Shown here in pieces: positions 49,132 through 64,000 of a DNA stretch of 64,000 nucleotides. A program made the translations under genes and the position numbers. Each line of letters begins with the position of its first letter. Position 1 is the first letter of the stretch. This stretch comes from Neoconidiobolus thromboides FSU 785 (lineage: Eukaryota > Fungi > Entomophthoromycota). The notes under the pieces were generated by a model. That model had not been told where the DNA came from, did no database searches, and saw only the letters and a list, made by a program, of their open reading frames with translations. Location: NCBI GenBank assembly GCA_025603075.1, contig MU626286.1, positions 62,001 through 126,000 on the forward strand, read 5' to 3'.

Positions 49132-49492
49132 TGATACTATTTGTTTAAATTTTGTTAATTCTCATATTAACTTCTGGATTTCAGACTTGAGTTTGCAAAA
49201 TTGGATTTTTGCTAAACTTAGTAAAAATAGTATAGAGTATAGATACTAGATAGATTAAATAATACTTTCTATAATTTTGAATATTACTAGTTCTAATCTT
49301 AACCTTAAAAATTTAATGCTTACTCTAGACCTCCTCTATCTTAACCAAACTTTTATTCAAAATCTAAATTTTCGGATGTTTTTTTCAAATTAATTTTAGA
49401 CCTTAAAGATTCAAAATCTAATTTGGTTTGTTAAAATTGAATTGTTAAAATTTATCAATTTATTATTTTCTAATACTCACTTTCACCAACCA

Positions 49493-50467
49493 ATGTTTAA
49501 ATTGTACCAATCCTTCCAATTACCTTTAAAGGGCATAAAAAGGAGTTATTTCACCTCCCCAACAACTAAAAGCAGAAGTTTTTATTATGGATTAGGCTTA
49601 GGCGCTAGTGCCTTGCTTTATGGTCTTTATCACTTGGTCAAATCGGATGATAATATTAATGAAATTGATTTTGTTCCATTCACTTTAACTTCTAAAACAA
49701 AATTAAACCACAACACTTCCCTATTTCATTTACAGGGTACCTCTCCCATCAATTTTCCATTATTAAGTCATATTCAAGTGAAACATCATTTAATGCAAAT
49801 CATGCGACCATATACTGTACTTCCATTGGAGTTTCAGAAAACTAAAGACGGATTTTTACAGAAAGATATAGTATTGATGATTAAAGAATACAATGATGGT
49901 CCAATGAGTCAATTTTTGTTTCGCAAAAAAGTAGGAGATAAAGTAGAAGTAAGAGGACCTTATTATACAATTCGAGAAGAGCTTAAAAAAGAAGGTAAAT
50001 TAATCATGTTGGCAGCAGGTACTGGTATTGCTCCATTTTATCAAATATTAAAAGTGGTTTTGAATGGAGAAACAAAACAGAAATTCGAATTGTTTTATTT
50101 TAATAGGAATAAAGAAGATATCTTATTAAAAAAAGAGTTGGATGAAATGAAATTGAAATTTGAAGATCAAGTAAAAGTTTATTATTATTGTGAGGATAAT
50201 AAAGGGGATGATGAGATAGCTAATGGTATTGTTAATTTTGAGTTAATAAATAATTATTTGAAAAAGAATCCATTATCAAGTAACGATAAAATATTGATTT
50301 GTGGACCTGAAGGGTAATTTAATATTTAATATTTAATATTATAATTAATTGTTTTAAGGTTTTTAAGAGCGATAGGTGGAGCTAAATTAAACGATTATGA
50401 AGATGGAGAAGTAACCGGAATATTAGGAAAATTAAATATTACTAAAGAACAGGTTTATAAATTATAG
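49493..50467 (+). CDS. Mitochondrial-type FAD/NAD(P)-binding oxidoreductase (cytochrome b5 reductase/Cyc2-like)
   Basis: MRPYT (RxYT flavin motif), MLAAGTGIAPFYQ, LICGPEG; presequence-like N-terminus plus one TM segment; one intron; ends ITKEQVYKL. Confidence 0.88.
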
Positions 50468-50540
50468 ATAAATAAATATTAAATATTAAATATTAAAGAT
50501 TAAAAATTAAACCTATTTCTGTTTCTATTTTTATCTTATT

Positions 50541-52078
50541 TTAATAACGACAATGGTTGATATATCTAGGATAAGGAGAAGTATCTCTAATATGTTCTTG
50601 CCCTGTAATAAATTGTAAGAATCTTTCAATACCTAAACCAAAGCCACCATGGGGTACAGAGCCATATCTCCTTAAATCTAAATACCATTGATACTCATTT
50701 AACATAGTTGAGTTCATGTTATTTTCTAATATATTAATATCGTCTTCACGTAATGAACCTCCAATTAATTCTCCAATACCTGGTATTAATAAATCAAAAC
50801 AAGCAACAGTACTGTTATCTTGATTCAATTTCATATAAAAAGGTTTAATTTGCTTTGGATAATTAGTTATAAAAACTGGAGATTGATAGTAATTTGCTAA
50901 ATATTTTTCATGCTCTGATTGTAAAGATTTACCAACAATAGGCTGAAATTCAAATTTTTGTTTACTATTTTCTAATTCTTTGATTGCTTGTTGATAACTT
51001 AATCTATAAAATGGTTGGTTAATTACCATATTTAATTTATTTAACAATTGCCCTTTTTCTGTTCCATATTTATCAAAAAATTCTAATTCTTCTTTGCCAA
51101 CTTGTACTAAATATTTCAAACAATCTTTGATAACTACTTCAGCTAAATCCATCAATTGGTTTAAATCTTTAAGGAAAGCAAGTTCTAATTCAAACATCCA
51201 AAATTCAGCTAAATGTCGTGATGTCATTGAACCTTCCGCTCTGAATGTGGGACCAATTGTATAAACTCTAGATAAACTATTGGCTAACATTTCCAAATGT
51301 AATTGAGCTGAAACAGTTAAATAAGCTGGATTCCCAAAGAATTCTTCATTATTGCTTTTGATTTTGAATACTTCTCCTCCTCCTTCACAATCATGGGAGG
51401 TTATTATAGGAGTATGTACTTGAATAAACTCTTTTTGCTAACAATTATGTTAATAATAATTTACTTATTTTTTAAGTTCATATTTACATTTAAACTTTGA
51501 TTAATAGCAGTTAGTAAATGAGATCTAAGTCTTAATAAAGCGGACATTCCATTAGTACGTGGTCTTAAATGCCCATGTTCTCTTAAAAATTCTAAGCCAT
51601 GTTTTTTCTTTTGTAATGGATAGCTCTAATTGTATAAATAACTAATCTTTGGAGTAAAAAAATTGTTACCTCAGCATCGCTTTTACCCAAAATTTGTAAA
51701 CTATTTACTTTTAATTCTAAACTTTGATTCTTTCCAGGACTCTTTACAAGTTTACCATACGCTTTTAAAGAGCAACCGGTAGTTACACTATATAAATTAA
51801 TAAATAAAATATTAACCTGATTCTTAATTTGATTACTCTTTGATTAATTCATTCTTATCTAAATCTTCAAAAACGAGTTGTAATGGTTTTGTATTTGATC
51901 CATCCGATAAAGCCACAAAACCAATTGTTTTTTGAATTCTAGCTGTCTTAACCCATCCACTTACTTCCAACTCTTCACCTTCTTTTCCATTTTCAAGTAT
52001 CCTTTGTAAATTTCTCGTTAAACATGTGGTATACGGCCTTTTCAATATAGTTTTCAATGGACTTAACAAGCTTAGCAT
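50541..52078 (-). CDS. SLM5: Asparaginyl-tRNA synthetase, mitochondrial
   Basis: YLTVSAQLHLE, GPTFRAE..TSRHLAEFWMFE, KPFYMK, WYLDLRRYGSVPHGGFGLGIER; presequence-like N-terminus; three introns. Confidence 0.93.
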
Positions 52079-52273
52079 TTCAATTTTTTTTAATATTAAA
52101 AAAAATCAAAGGATGAAAATTTGGCTATGATTGGTTATTAAGGTTTTAGTACAGGTTTAATCAGTTGGAATTTTATTGGCTGCCACTAAAGTCGTTTCAT
52201 GTTACTTCATTTTAGAATCTAAAGATTAATGTTTATAAATTTATTTATTTTTTATTAATTTAACAAAGTGAAG

Positions 52274-53029
52274 ATGAGTTCAACTGCTTTAAAAAGATTA
52301 ATTACTGAATATAAGGGTAGATTAGTATTGAGTTTTAGTTTAATATATGTCTTAATTGATTATAGAGTTAACTGTCAATCCCCCAGAAGGCATTACAGCT
52401 GGTAAAAATAGGAAATAAATAGTTTCTAAAATGATACTAAATTCTATAACTTAGGTCCAGTATCTGAAGATAATTTTTTTGAATGGGACGCATTAATAGC
52501 GTAATTAATAATATGTTTATTTAAAACTAATTTCATTAATCAATATATTTTTAGTGGCCCTGAAGGCACCCCATTTGAAGGTGGTTTATTTTCAGCTACA
52601 TTAACTTTCCCAAAAGATTACCCATTATCCCCACCAGTAATGAAGTTTACTTGTCCAATGTTTCATCCAAATAGTAATTACTATAAATGTATTTCTATTT
52701 TTAGTTAATATATATAGTTTATCCCAATGGCGAAGTATGTATATCAATTTTGCATGCGGCTGGAGATGATCCCAATATGTATGAGTCATCTTCAGAAAGA
52801 TGGTCTCCAGTACAATCCATTGAAAAAATATTAATATCGGTAGTTAGTATGTTGGCTGGTAAGTTTAATTTATTATTGTTTATTCCATATTTTGAATTAG
52901 AGTATTATTATCATAGATCCAAATGACGAAAGCGGAGCTAATATTGATGCTTGTAAAGTATGGCGAAACAATCGTGAAGAATATGATCGATTGGTCAAAG
53001 AAAACGTTAAGCTTACCCTTGGATTATAA
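52274..53029 (+). CDS. UBC7: Ubiquitin-conjugating enzyme E2, Ubc7/UBE2G2; not in the ORF track
   Basis: Spliced reading [26 protein letters not shown]/...[53 protein letters not shown], with the Ubc7-type acidic insertion. Confidence 0.96.
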
Positions 53030-53128
53030 GAATTGCCTATTTTAGTAATAAAATAAAGTTGAGTAAAGTTGAGGGATATTTGTACTTTTTTACTTTTTTA
53101 CTTTTTTACTTTTTTATTTTTTAATCAG

Positions 53129-53640
53129 ATGAATTCAAACACAACCTTTCCAGTAGATACTAAACAAGCTAGTTATTTAATTCATGATATTGATACAGAT
53201 ATTATTTGTTTAAATTTTAATAATAAAATTGTGGCTATAGTGACTCAGATTGGTAAAGTTGGTAGCTTGGTAAATTTGTTTTCAATTTATGTCGAAATTT
53301 AAATTTAAATCCCTTTTAGTTACAATCTATTGTCACCAATCCTGATGGTGGATCAGTGAACTATGATGAATTTAGTGTACGAAGTATTGAAAAAATTGGC
53401 GAAAAGTATTTAGTTGATACTAAATTTTTATTGGGTAACCAAACTGAAACTGGATCGATTTATGAAATTATTGCTTCTCAATTATGTAACCTTATTGTAG
53501 CTGATAATCCTATGGAAAGAAGACCAGTTCTTTTAGCACTTGCTTTAGATAAAAGCTTATTTTTAAATGAAAACCAAAGAAAATTAAAGGATGCTATAAG
53601 ATGTATACCAGAATTAATTCAAGATAATAAAGCTTGGTGA
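53129..53640 (+). CDS. PSMG3: Proteasome assembly chaperone 3 (PAC3/PSMG3-like)
   Basis: FPVDTKQAS...TDIICLNFNNKIVAIVTQIGKVGSL and RPVLLALAL fit PAC3; one intron. The start codon is uncertain. Confidence 0.75.
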
Positions 53641-54202
53641 TAAACTTTATGTCCTCCAGCTGGTAAAAGCCGTATAAGCAAAAAAGTATCGTGTGTTTTA
53701 TATAATATTTATGCAATTTTAAATATTAAAAATGTCTATCAATATTTTAACAGAATATTTTCTTTATAATGTTAGTAAATTTATACAAATACTGCTTTCT
53801 GAATTATTTATCGTTTTAGATGATCTATTTGTTACTTCATTTAATAAAAAAGGTCCCAACTAATAACTTACATACTAAATGTAATTACATTTAATGTATT
53901 ATATTTCCTATGGTAAAGTTAAACTGCATTTTATAGTAAAAAATAACATTTTACTCTTATTATCTCAAAGTCTCATAATGTCAAATATCATTTGTTAGAT
54001 ATATTATATATTATTTTTTATTATCTTAATTTACAATACTTCTATAAATTCATGTCAACCATTTTATTAGAAATATAATATACCATTCTCATCAACATTT
54101 TAAAAAATCAAGCAAAACCTCAGCTAAATAGTTGATTGGTTTGTTCAAATCAATATAAGGGATGACGCATCAAAACTCCATTTTAATTTTTCAATTTCAA
54201 AA

Positions 54203-55067
<865 letters not shown>

Positions 55068-55112
55068 AATATTAATTTTAATAAAATCAAAGTTAAGTAA
55101 AAATATTGTACT

Positions 55113-56064
55113 TTATTTTAAATTTTCTAATAAATAAGTTAACATTATGGATGAGTTTTGTTCCACTTTCAAATCTGCTAGATCATCTGCTCTAGTTGGT
55201 CCAAGGTTTAATATATATACTTGCTTACCATTGTTTTTAGCTGATAAAGCTAAACGATAAGCTGAAGGAGTGGCCAGTGATGAGCCAATAACCAAAAGTG
55301 AGCTAGTATTTTCAATTTGAAATTTGGCTTCTTCCCTAGCTTTTTGTTTCATATTTTCACCAAAAAAGACCACGGAGGGTTTATAAAACCCATCATTACA
55401 TTTTAAACAAGAGGGTATATTAAATAAATTAAATGGTGTATTGTCTGGTAATAAAATATCGCCATCGGGGGTAGTTTGTGGTTGAGTTTTTGAATTTTCA
55501 AATTGTTGTAGATAATTATGCCATTTCGGATTCATATCGGATAGCATTTCTTGAAAACTCTCCCTTTTTATTTGATGTTTGCAACTTAAACATTCCACAA
55601 AGCTCAAAGTACCATGTATTTCAGTCACGTTTTTTGTGCCTGCTTTCTGATGTAAATTATCTACATTTTGTGTTATGACATGTTTAACATACCCTTGCTG
55701 TTCTAATGCAGCCAATGCAAAGTGTGACGCGTTAGGTTTTGATGTTGAAAATTTAGGAAATCCAAAATAAGAACGTGTCCAATACCTCTGTCTTCTTTCA
55801 TGACTGGATGCAAAATGTTGATACGTTATAGGCTTAAACCCTGGGTTAACAACATATGCTCCATTTGGTCCTCGATAATCTGGAATTCCAGAATCTGTGC
55901 TTATTCCTAGAATTTGATTAGTCGCCTTCTATCTTGATTGATAAGTTTTTACCTGCTCCAGTTAATACTACCATACCACCTTGATTTAGGTTGTTTATAG
56001 CTGCTTTTAATAGCTGATCTTTTAGCGATATTTCTTTTAGTGTTTTTGTAGCAATTGTTGACAT
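55113..56064 (-). CDS. SIRT4: NAD-dependent deacylase, class II sirtuin (SIRT4-like)
   Basis: LTGA/GISTDSGIPDYRG, RQRYWTRSY, TQNVDNLHQKAG, EIHG, two CxxC zinc pairs, KPSVVFFGEN. Confidence 0.92.
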
Positions 56065-56160
56065 TTTGAATTCTAAAAATCAAGAATAAATTAATTTCAA
56101 TTTTTACAATTAAATTCAACTTGTAAAGAATTCTAACTTTATTTTATTTGGATCGAAAAA

Positions 56161-57457
<1,297 letters not shown>

Positions 57458-58021
57458 ATTAACTCTATTCATATTGAATTATTAAAAATTATAGATTTTT
57501 AGAATGTATTGTTTGTTACTGTATTTAATTAATTGAGTGTTACATATACAAGATGGTGTTAAAACTGGATTTTAGACATTTAGAGGTAATAGCTATTATG
57601 TTTTTAGGATTAACGGTTTTACGTGGGTTTATGCAGTTTAAAGATGTTTAGTTATTTAATTCATAAAGCATAATGTTTTATTAAAGTTGTGATAAATGAG
57701 ATTCTAACTTAATATTGTCTTTGGTTTATTATATAGATTAATTAATATCTGTTAATTGAAGGGGCCGAAAGCAGTACTAATTTCTTTTATAAAATATTAA
57801 AAACGGCTCTTCAAACATATAGTTGAAGTTAAACTAAATTTCTAACTTTTATTGATTACATTATTTTACATTAGTGTACCAGTACTGCAGCTAAAAAAAA
57901 TTCTAATAAAAATCATCATGTAATTAATAAATTTAAAAACTATCAGTCGTATTATTTTTTATAGCTGGAATTATATATAAAGTAAATAACAATGGTGATA
58001 TGTATTTAATTTATAGCACAA

Positions 58022-59567
58022 TTAACTATTATCAACTGTAAGTCTTTTACGTCTAGCTTCTAAATATTCCATACACTCAGCGTATGATTTTGGTAATACT
58101 CTTGGTACTGGAAATTGATCACTGTCTGGTGTTTGGAAAGTAAAATGGAAAGTATTCGTAATTCCATTATCTGTTCTATCTGGGGAGATAACTCTAGCTT
58201 GTACAGAAACTTGAAGTAATGAATCTTCAATGGAAGAAGATCCATCATGCTTTTCAGGGGTATGGGCCACCTTGGAAGTTAACGTTAAAATAGAACCAAT
58301 TGGTACCGATTTTCTGAATAAAATTTCATCTGAAGCTAAAAATCTTGGTACTGTTCCAATATAGTTATAACCAGTTACCCAAGCGAGTTGGAAGGCTAAT
58401 CTCATAAGGTAGCCACCAAAAATAAAATTATGCACGTTTCGGTCCTAAAAGAAAGTTATTACTATCAAACACAATAGCTTTTTTTAAAATACCTGTGGCT
58501 GACACACAGTAACAGATTGTAATTGGGTAGAACTCATCCATTTAACATTAGATGGCATTGGACTGGTTTCATCTAAATATTTTAAACTTTCTAAATAAAG
58601 ATCATGTACAAGTAAACGTTCTTCGGCTGTAGGTGGAGCCTTAGTTAATGATTTTTGTACTGTAGCCATTTTACGAGCTTTAGAAGCCAAGCCATCATTA
58701 AAAAGTTTCTTTTCTCTATCTCCACGAACCAGTAATGGATGAAGTTGAGAAGCACGTTTGGTATACTTATCCCTAGCTACCATAGTAAACTTTGCTTCTA
58801 GAATAGCAGGGCTATTTGATAATGTGATAGCTTCATTTGTTCCTATTTTATTAGGATCAATTTCTTCCATCTTTATAAATATTTCCATGGAACTGTAACC
58901 AACATATGAAACATGTCCGCCCAATCTATAATTTTTTTCAGGATTGATTCGCTTGTGGATGGCTATACGGTCGACGGAAGCAGTGACAATAGTTAAATGA
59001 GAAGAAGCTACCTTTTCATTACAGTATTTGTATCCGATTCCAGCTGCTAATTTATCAAGATCTTCCATTACTTTACCTACTTTAATTTCACCCCAGGCGT
59101 TTTCATATTGTTTTAAAAGTTCTAAATCATCTTTAAAATTTAAATGGATCTCTAAATAAGAATCAGCCATAGTACGTAAAGTCAAATCAGTTTCTTTTTT
59201 TTCTGTTTTATTTTGATTTTTATCCTTGGTGTTTAAACTGTCTCTATACGCACCACTTGGTATTACGGAAAAAAATTCTTCTAATAAGTTCATACTTTCT
59301 GGTGTACCTATCTTTTCATGTTTGGTGCTCAAGATTTCATCTACTTGTTTGACACCAGAAGCTGATTAAGTTAGAGTTATGAGATTTAAAAAGCATATTT
59401 ATTTTACCTAGCGCATCTTTTAAATCAGATACAACACCTTTATATTCTTTATCGTTACTTTTGGGTGGCTCTGTTTTAGTATTCAATCCTCTGTTTAACA
59501 TGGGTTCATAATTGATCTTATTTCCTTTCAAAATTGTTTGAAAACTATTTTTGATTAACCTTTTCAT
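58022..59567 (-). CDS. Double hotdog-fold acyl-CoA thioesterase, ACOT9-like, mitochondrial-type
   Basis: VGKVMEDLDKLAAGIGYK, IVTASVDRI, GHVSYVGYSSMEI, CQPQ/DRNVHNFIFGGYLMRLAF; two introns. Confidence 0.9.
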
Positions 59568-60521
59568 TTTCAAACAATTGACTAAGTTTTAATAAAAGAA
59601 ACATTTTGATTTTTGATGAGGTAATATATAAATGGGGGATTACAAATTAATTGAAAGTTTTTCGAATTTTTTAAATTTCCGAAAAAATCAATAAAGTTTA
59701 AGGTTCTAGAATTTTAGTTTAAGAAGACATCTTCAATTATCTGGGCTATTCCTTAAAGTAAAATATTTTGAAGTTGATATAGGCTTTTCCTACCAAAATC
59801 TATAAAACGCTTTGATAAAGCTAAAGATATATTAGTATTGTTACATTTTTTAACCTCAAGTTGTATTTATATGTTTTAAAGAAATTTGATGGTATAGATA
59901 ATAAAATTTTTGTTCTTCAAAAATTCTAAACCATTAAATGAATAACTTGTATTAACGCGGAGCTACTTTATTATCAGTCTAAGAACATTATTTCATTTTA
60001 AAGTTTACCAGAATATTGTATATTTTATCATCCTTTAACATGCTATAAATTTAAAAATCCATTGATATATAGCAGATATATTCAAAGATGTATAAAGTCT
60101 TGACAATGTGTTATTTATCATTTAAAGTTAGGTAGCCTACCTTTAGCTGTAAAGAATTTAAGCTGAGGTCTTCGACATGAAGAATAGTTAATTTTTAATC
60201 TTTAAACTAAAAAGAGATATCCGCTTTATCAGAAAGCAGCTCATTAAATAAATAGATAAGAAACAAAACTTAGCAGTACTATGTTTAAAAACAATCTTTA
60301 TTTAATCAAATCTAAACCCTATTGCGTTAAAATTTACTATTTTGATACCAACTTAAAAAATTTACTAAATATGCTTAATCAATTACAAATTAGTAAATTC
60401 CAATCTAAAAAGATCCCATAAAATTTCATTGATCCATTTCGAATTAATTAAAAGAAAATTGAAATCAAAATAATTACTTTTGTAATAAAAGAAAAAGTTT
60501 GAATCTAAATAAAATAGAAAA

Positions 60522-62861
60522 ATGGGCTCCAATAAACGACCAGAACTTGATTCTTTAATTTATCAATATCTTTTAGATCAAGGTTTAGAAAAAGCAGCAA
60601 AAGCTTTAAAAAATGAAGCTGGTGATGTAAGTTTGTTGTTTTTTACATAGACTTTTAGCTAATGTTTTGTATAGAAAATATCCACTAAAGTTACTGGTGA
60701 TTTGAGTGAAGCTTTTGAGTTATATAAGTAATTTTAAATATTTCTATTCAATTAAGTATCTTATTCCATAATATTAGGAAATCTGATGCCACTTTGACAA
60801 AAGAAGGTAAATTACTCTCAAAATATAAGTACATAACGTTAACTTAATATTTTCAGGATCTGTTAAAAATGTAGAAAAAGAATCAGACTCAAGCAGTGAT
60901 AGTAGTTCAAGTAGTTCAGATAGTGATAGTAGCTCAAGTAGTTCAGATAGCTCAAGTAGTTCAGATAGCTCAAGTAGTTCAGATGGTGATAGTAGCTCAG
61001 ATAGTGATAGTAGTGATAGTGAAGAAGAATCTAAAGATTCATCATCTAACTCAACTGAAAGCAAAGAAGAAGACAAAAAAGAATCAAGTAGCTCAGATAG
61101 CGATAGTAGTTCAAGTAGCTCAGACAGTGATACTAGTGATAGTGAAGAAGATAAAAAAGAAGACAAGAAAGAAGAATTAAAATCAAGCTCAAATAGCTCA
61201 AGTAACTCAAGCAGTGATTCTAGCTCAAGTAGCTCAAGTAGCTCAAGTAGCTCTGATAGTGAAAGCGAAGAAGAGTCATCGTCAAAATCGTCTGAGAGCA
61301 AAGAAGAGGATAAAAAAGAATCAATAGAATCAACTAGCTCAAATAGTTCAAGTAGCTCAAGCAGTGATTCTAGTAGTTCAAGCAGTGATAGTAGCTCAGA
61401 CAATGATAGCAGTAGCGATAGCGAGGATGAGAAAGACTCATCAGATAAATCGTCTGAAAGTAAAGAAGATAGAAAAGACTCATCAGAATCAAGTAGCTCA
61501 AGTAGCTCAAGCAGTGATTCTAGCTCAGACAGCGATAGTAGTTCAAGTAGTGATAGTGAAGATGAAGATTCATTAAACAAATCATCTGAAGATAACAAAG
61601 AGGTACCAGAATCAAGCTCTAGTTCAAGTAGTGATTCTAGCTCAAGTAGTTCAGATAGTGACAGTAGCTCAGGAAGTGATAGTGAAGAAGAAGATAAAAA
61701 AGAGTCATCTGAAAGCAGAGAAAAAGAAAAAGAATCAAGCAGTAGTAGCTCAAGTGGTTCAGACAGTGATAGCAGCTCAAGTAGCGATTCTAGCTCAGAT
61801 AGTGATAGTGAAGAAGAAGATAAAAAAGAGGAACCAAAGTCAGAATCTAGCTCAAGCAGTGATAGTAGCTCAGACAGCGATAGCAGCTCAAGCAGTGATA
61901 GTGATAGCAGTGATAATGAAGAAGAGTCTAAAGATTCATCATCTAATTCAACTGAAAGCAAGGAAGACGAGAAAAAAGAATCATCAGATTCTAGCTCAAG
62001 TAGTTCAAGCAGTAGTGGCAGCTCAGATAGTGACGCCAGTTCAGATAGCAGTAGTAGTGATAGTGAAGATGAAAAAGACTCATCAGATAAATCATCCGAA
62101 ACCAAAGAAGAGGATAAGAAGGAGTCATCAGAATCAAGTAGCGATAGCAGCTCAGATAGTGATTCTAGCTCAAGCAGTGATTCTAGCTCAAGCAGTGATT
62201 CTAGCTCAGACAGTGATTCTAGCTCAGACAGTGATAGTGAGGATGAAAAAGACTCATCAGATAAGTCGTCTGAAAGTAAAGACGATAAAAAAGAATCATC
62301 AGACTCTAGTTCAAGTAGTGATTCTAGCTCCAATTCTGATAAAAATGAAACTGAAGAATCAAATGGAAAACGTAAGAGTGCCTCACCACTCCCAGAATCT
62401 AAAAAATCAAAAACTAATGAGTAGGTGATTTATTTGATTATATAGAATAAAATTGTTAATATTATTTTTTTATTTTTTTATTTTAGTGTAAAGAGAATTA
62501 ACCATAATACTAAGGTAAAATTTATAGTTGGATTTAAAAGAGTTTGTTTAATATTAATAAATTTTAGGGAGCTCCAAAAGAAAGATTTTGTCGTATTAAA
62601 GATGAAGATGCCGTAGTTCATGACGAAAGACTTATGGATAATCGATTTACATCCAAGGTAAAGTTCAATTCAATGGTTAATTCAATTTCAAATTAATTAT
62701 TATTATAGGGTGGAGCTTTTGGTTCATATGGCGAAAAAGCACATAATGACTTAATTGTTACTCGTGGTAAAGGATTTACTAAAGAAAAAAATAAGAAGAA
62801 GCGTGGTTCTTATCGTGGCGGTGCTATTGATTTCCAATCTCACTCCATTAAATTTGAGTAA
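60522..62861 (+). CDS. SRP40: Nucleolar Ser/acidic-repeat phosphoprotein Srp40/Nopp140
   Basis: N-terminal LisH ([18 protein letters not shown]), long [10 protein letters not shown] repeats (about 60858-62420), C-terminal [33 protein letters not shown]. Confidence 0.93.
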
Positions 62862-63269
62862 ATGATATGGAATTGAATGAAAGTTTTTGATAATTGATTG
62901 AATAATACATAACCCATGGATTATACTATAGACATACTTTAATAAATTAAATGTTTTTTAAAATATCAAACATAAAGTTCAATTCATTTGCTTTTGTTTT
63001 ATAATGGAAATTAATAGAATAAGCAATTAGTTGTTGATATATAGTAAATGGGTTCAGTATGCTTATACTGACTTTAACATAATATTATATCAAATGGTTT
63101 TAATAAAATGTAATAATGTAGATTAATGTTTAAACTATTTTATAAATAAGAATTAGTTATATACATTCAATTAAACTTTTGATGTAATGCACATAAAGTA
63201 TCTAGATTAATAAATATATAAAATAAACTACACAAGATAAATAATAATTATATATTGAATCATTTATAT

Positions 63270-64000
63270 TTATAACTCCTTTTTAAAGACATCTAAAACC
63301 TCCTTTGCTTGATCCCAATAGATAATTTTAGCTTTAATTTGGTGGCTATCAGTAGTTAATATTTTAGCTAATTTACGTCCTTTTCTAACTAAAAATAAAT
63401 CACCCCTAAAAGAAGATTACAAGTTAACATATGTTTCTGTTAAATTCATGTCAGCGCTTACTCGTCTAATGCACAGCCAGCACAGAAATCATTCATACCA
63501 TCCCCAATATAAATTGTTTTCTTGTAGTCGAATCGATTTTTTAATTGTTTCACTTTAATTCCTAAATAAAACAATTCCTAAATATACATGACCAACTATA
63601 AACTATTTATCTTTTACCTTTACATAAATTAACAGAACAAGTATTCTCAATCCCATTAGCTTTTGTATTACAATTTGGTGGTGTATTAAATACGGGTAAT
63701 AAAGTGATCAAATTTCCCTCAATCTTAGCTTCATTAGTAATAATATTATCAAAACAATCAATTAACTTATAATTCTTTAAAATAGTTGATAAAAATAGTG
63801 AGTTTCCATCTGATATAATATTAATTGAATGATCTTGTTTTTTAGCTAATAAAATAGCTTCAACCATATTAGAGGAAATTGGAAATGTTGATAAACATTG
63901 CTGAATTTGTTCGGGTGTAGTTCCCTTGGAATGAATTACTTTTAAATTCGATTGCTAACAGAATCAATATAAACATAAATATAAATATTATGTTTAGTCT
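63270..64000 (-). CDS. HAD phosphatase, PHOSPHO1/PHOSPHO2 type; 5' end lies beyond the window
   Basis: IISDGNSLF, NIITNEA, CSVNLCKG, YIGDGMNDFC motifs across GT-AG introns. Confidence 0.88.

Noticed and set aside
60774-62333. 519-aa Leu/Ser/Glu ORF on the minus strand, plus Val/Gln/Ile ORFs 60896-62428 on the plus strand
   Set aside because: Antisense and alternate-frame shadows of the Srp40 serine/acidic repeats.

Overview
AT-rich, intron-dense eukaryotic DNA with short GT-AG introns (mostly about 45-70 nt). The gene set (SCAI, SIRT4-class sirtuin, CFIm25, JMJD5-like, IQGAP, Srp40) suggests an early-diverging fungus; this is inference. About 24 protein genes are supported, including partial STT4 and PHOSPHO-type genes at the window edges, plus one tRNA-Ser(AGA). 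Tightly packed housekeeping blocks alternate with decaying accessory gaps. The strongest unexplained signal is a ~100-105 bp MITE-like element with TA-flanked TGGGG...CCCCA inverted ends that folds back along most of its length: 18 copies, 7 of them around the tRNA. The gaps also hold decayed tandem paralogs (an LRR-like pair and an EF1B-gamma-type GST pair, neither named by the ORF track) and three Asn-rich genes with CsbD-like or dehydrin-like C-termini and CRE-like promoter motifs. Gene boundaries were spliced by eye and are approximate; no database searches were run.
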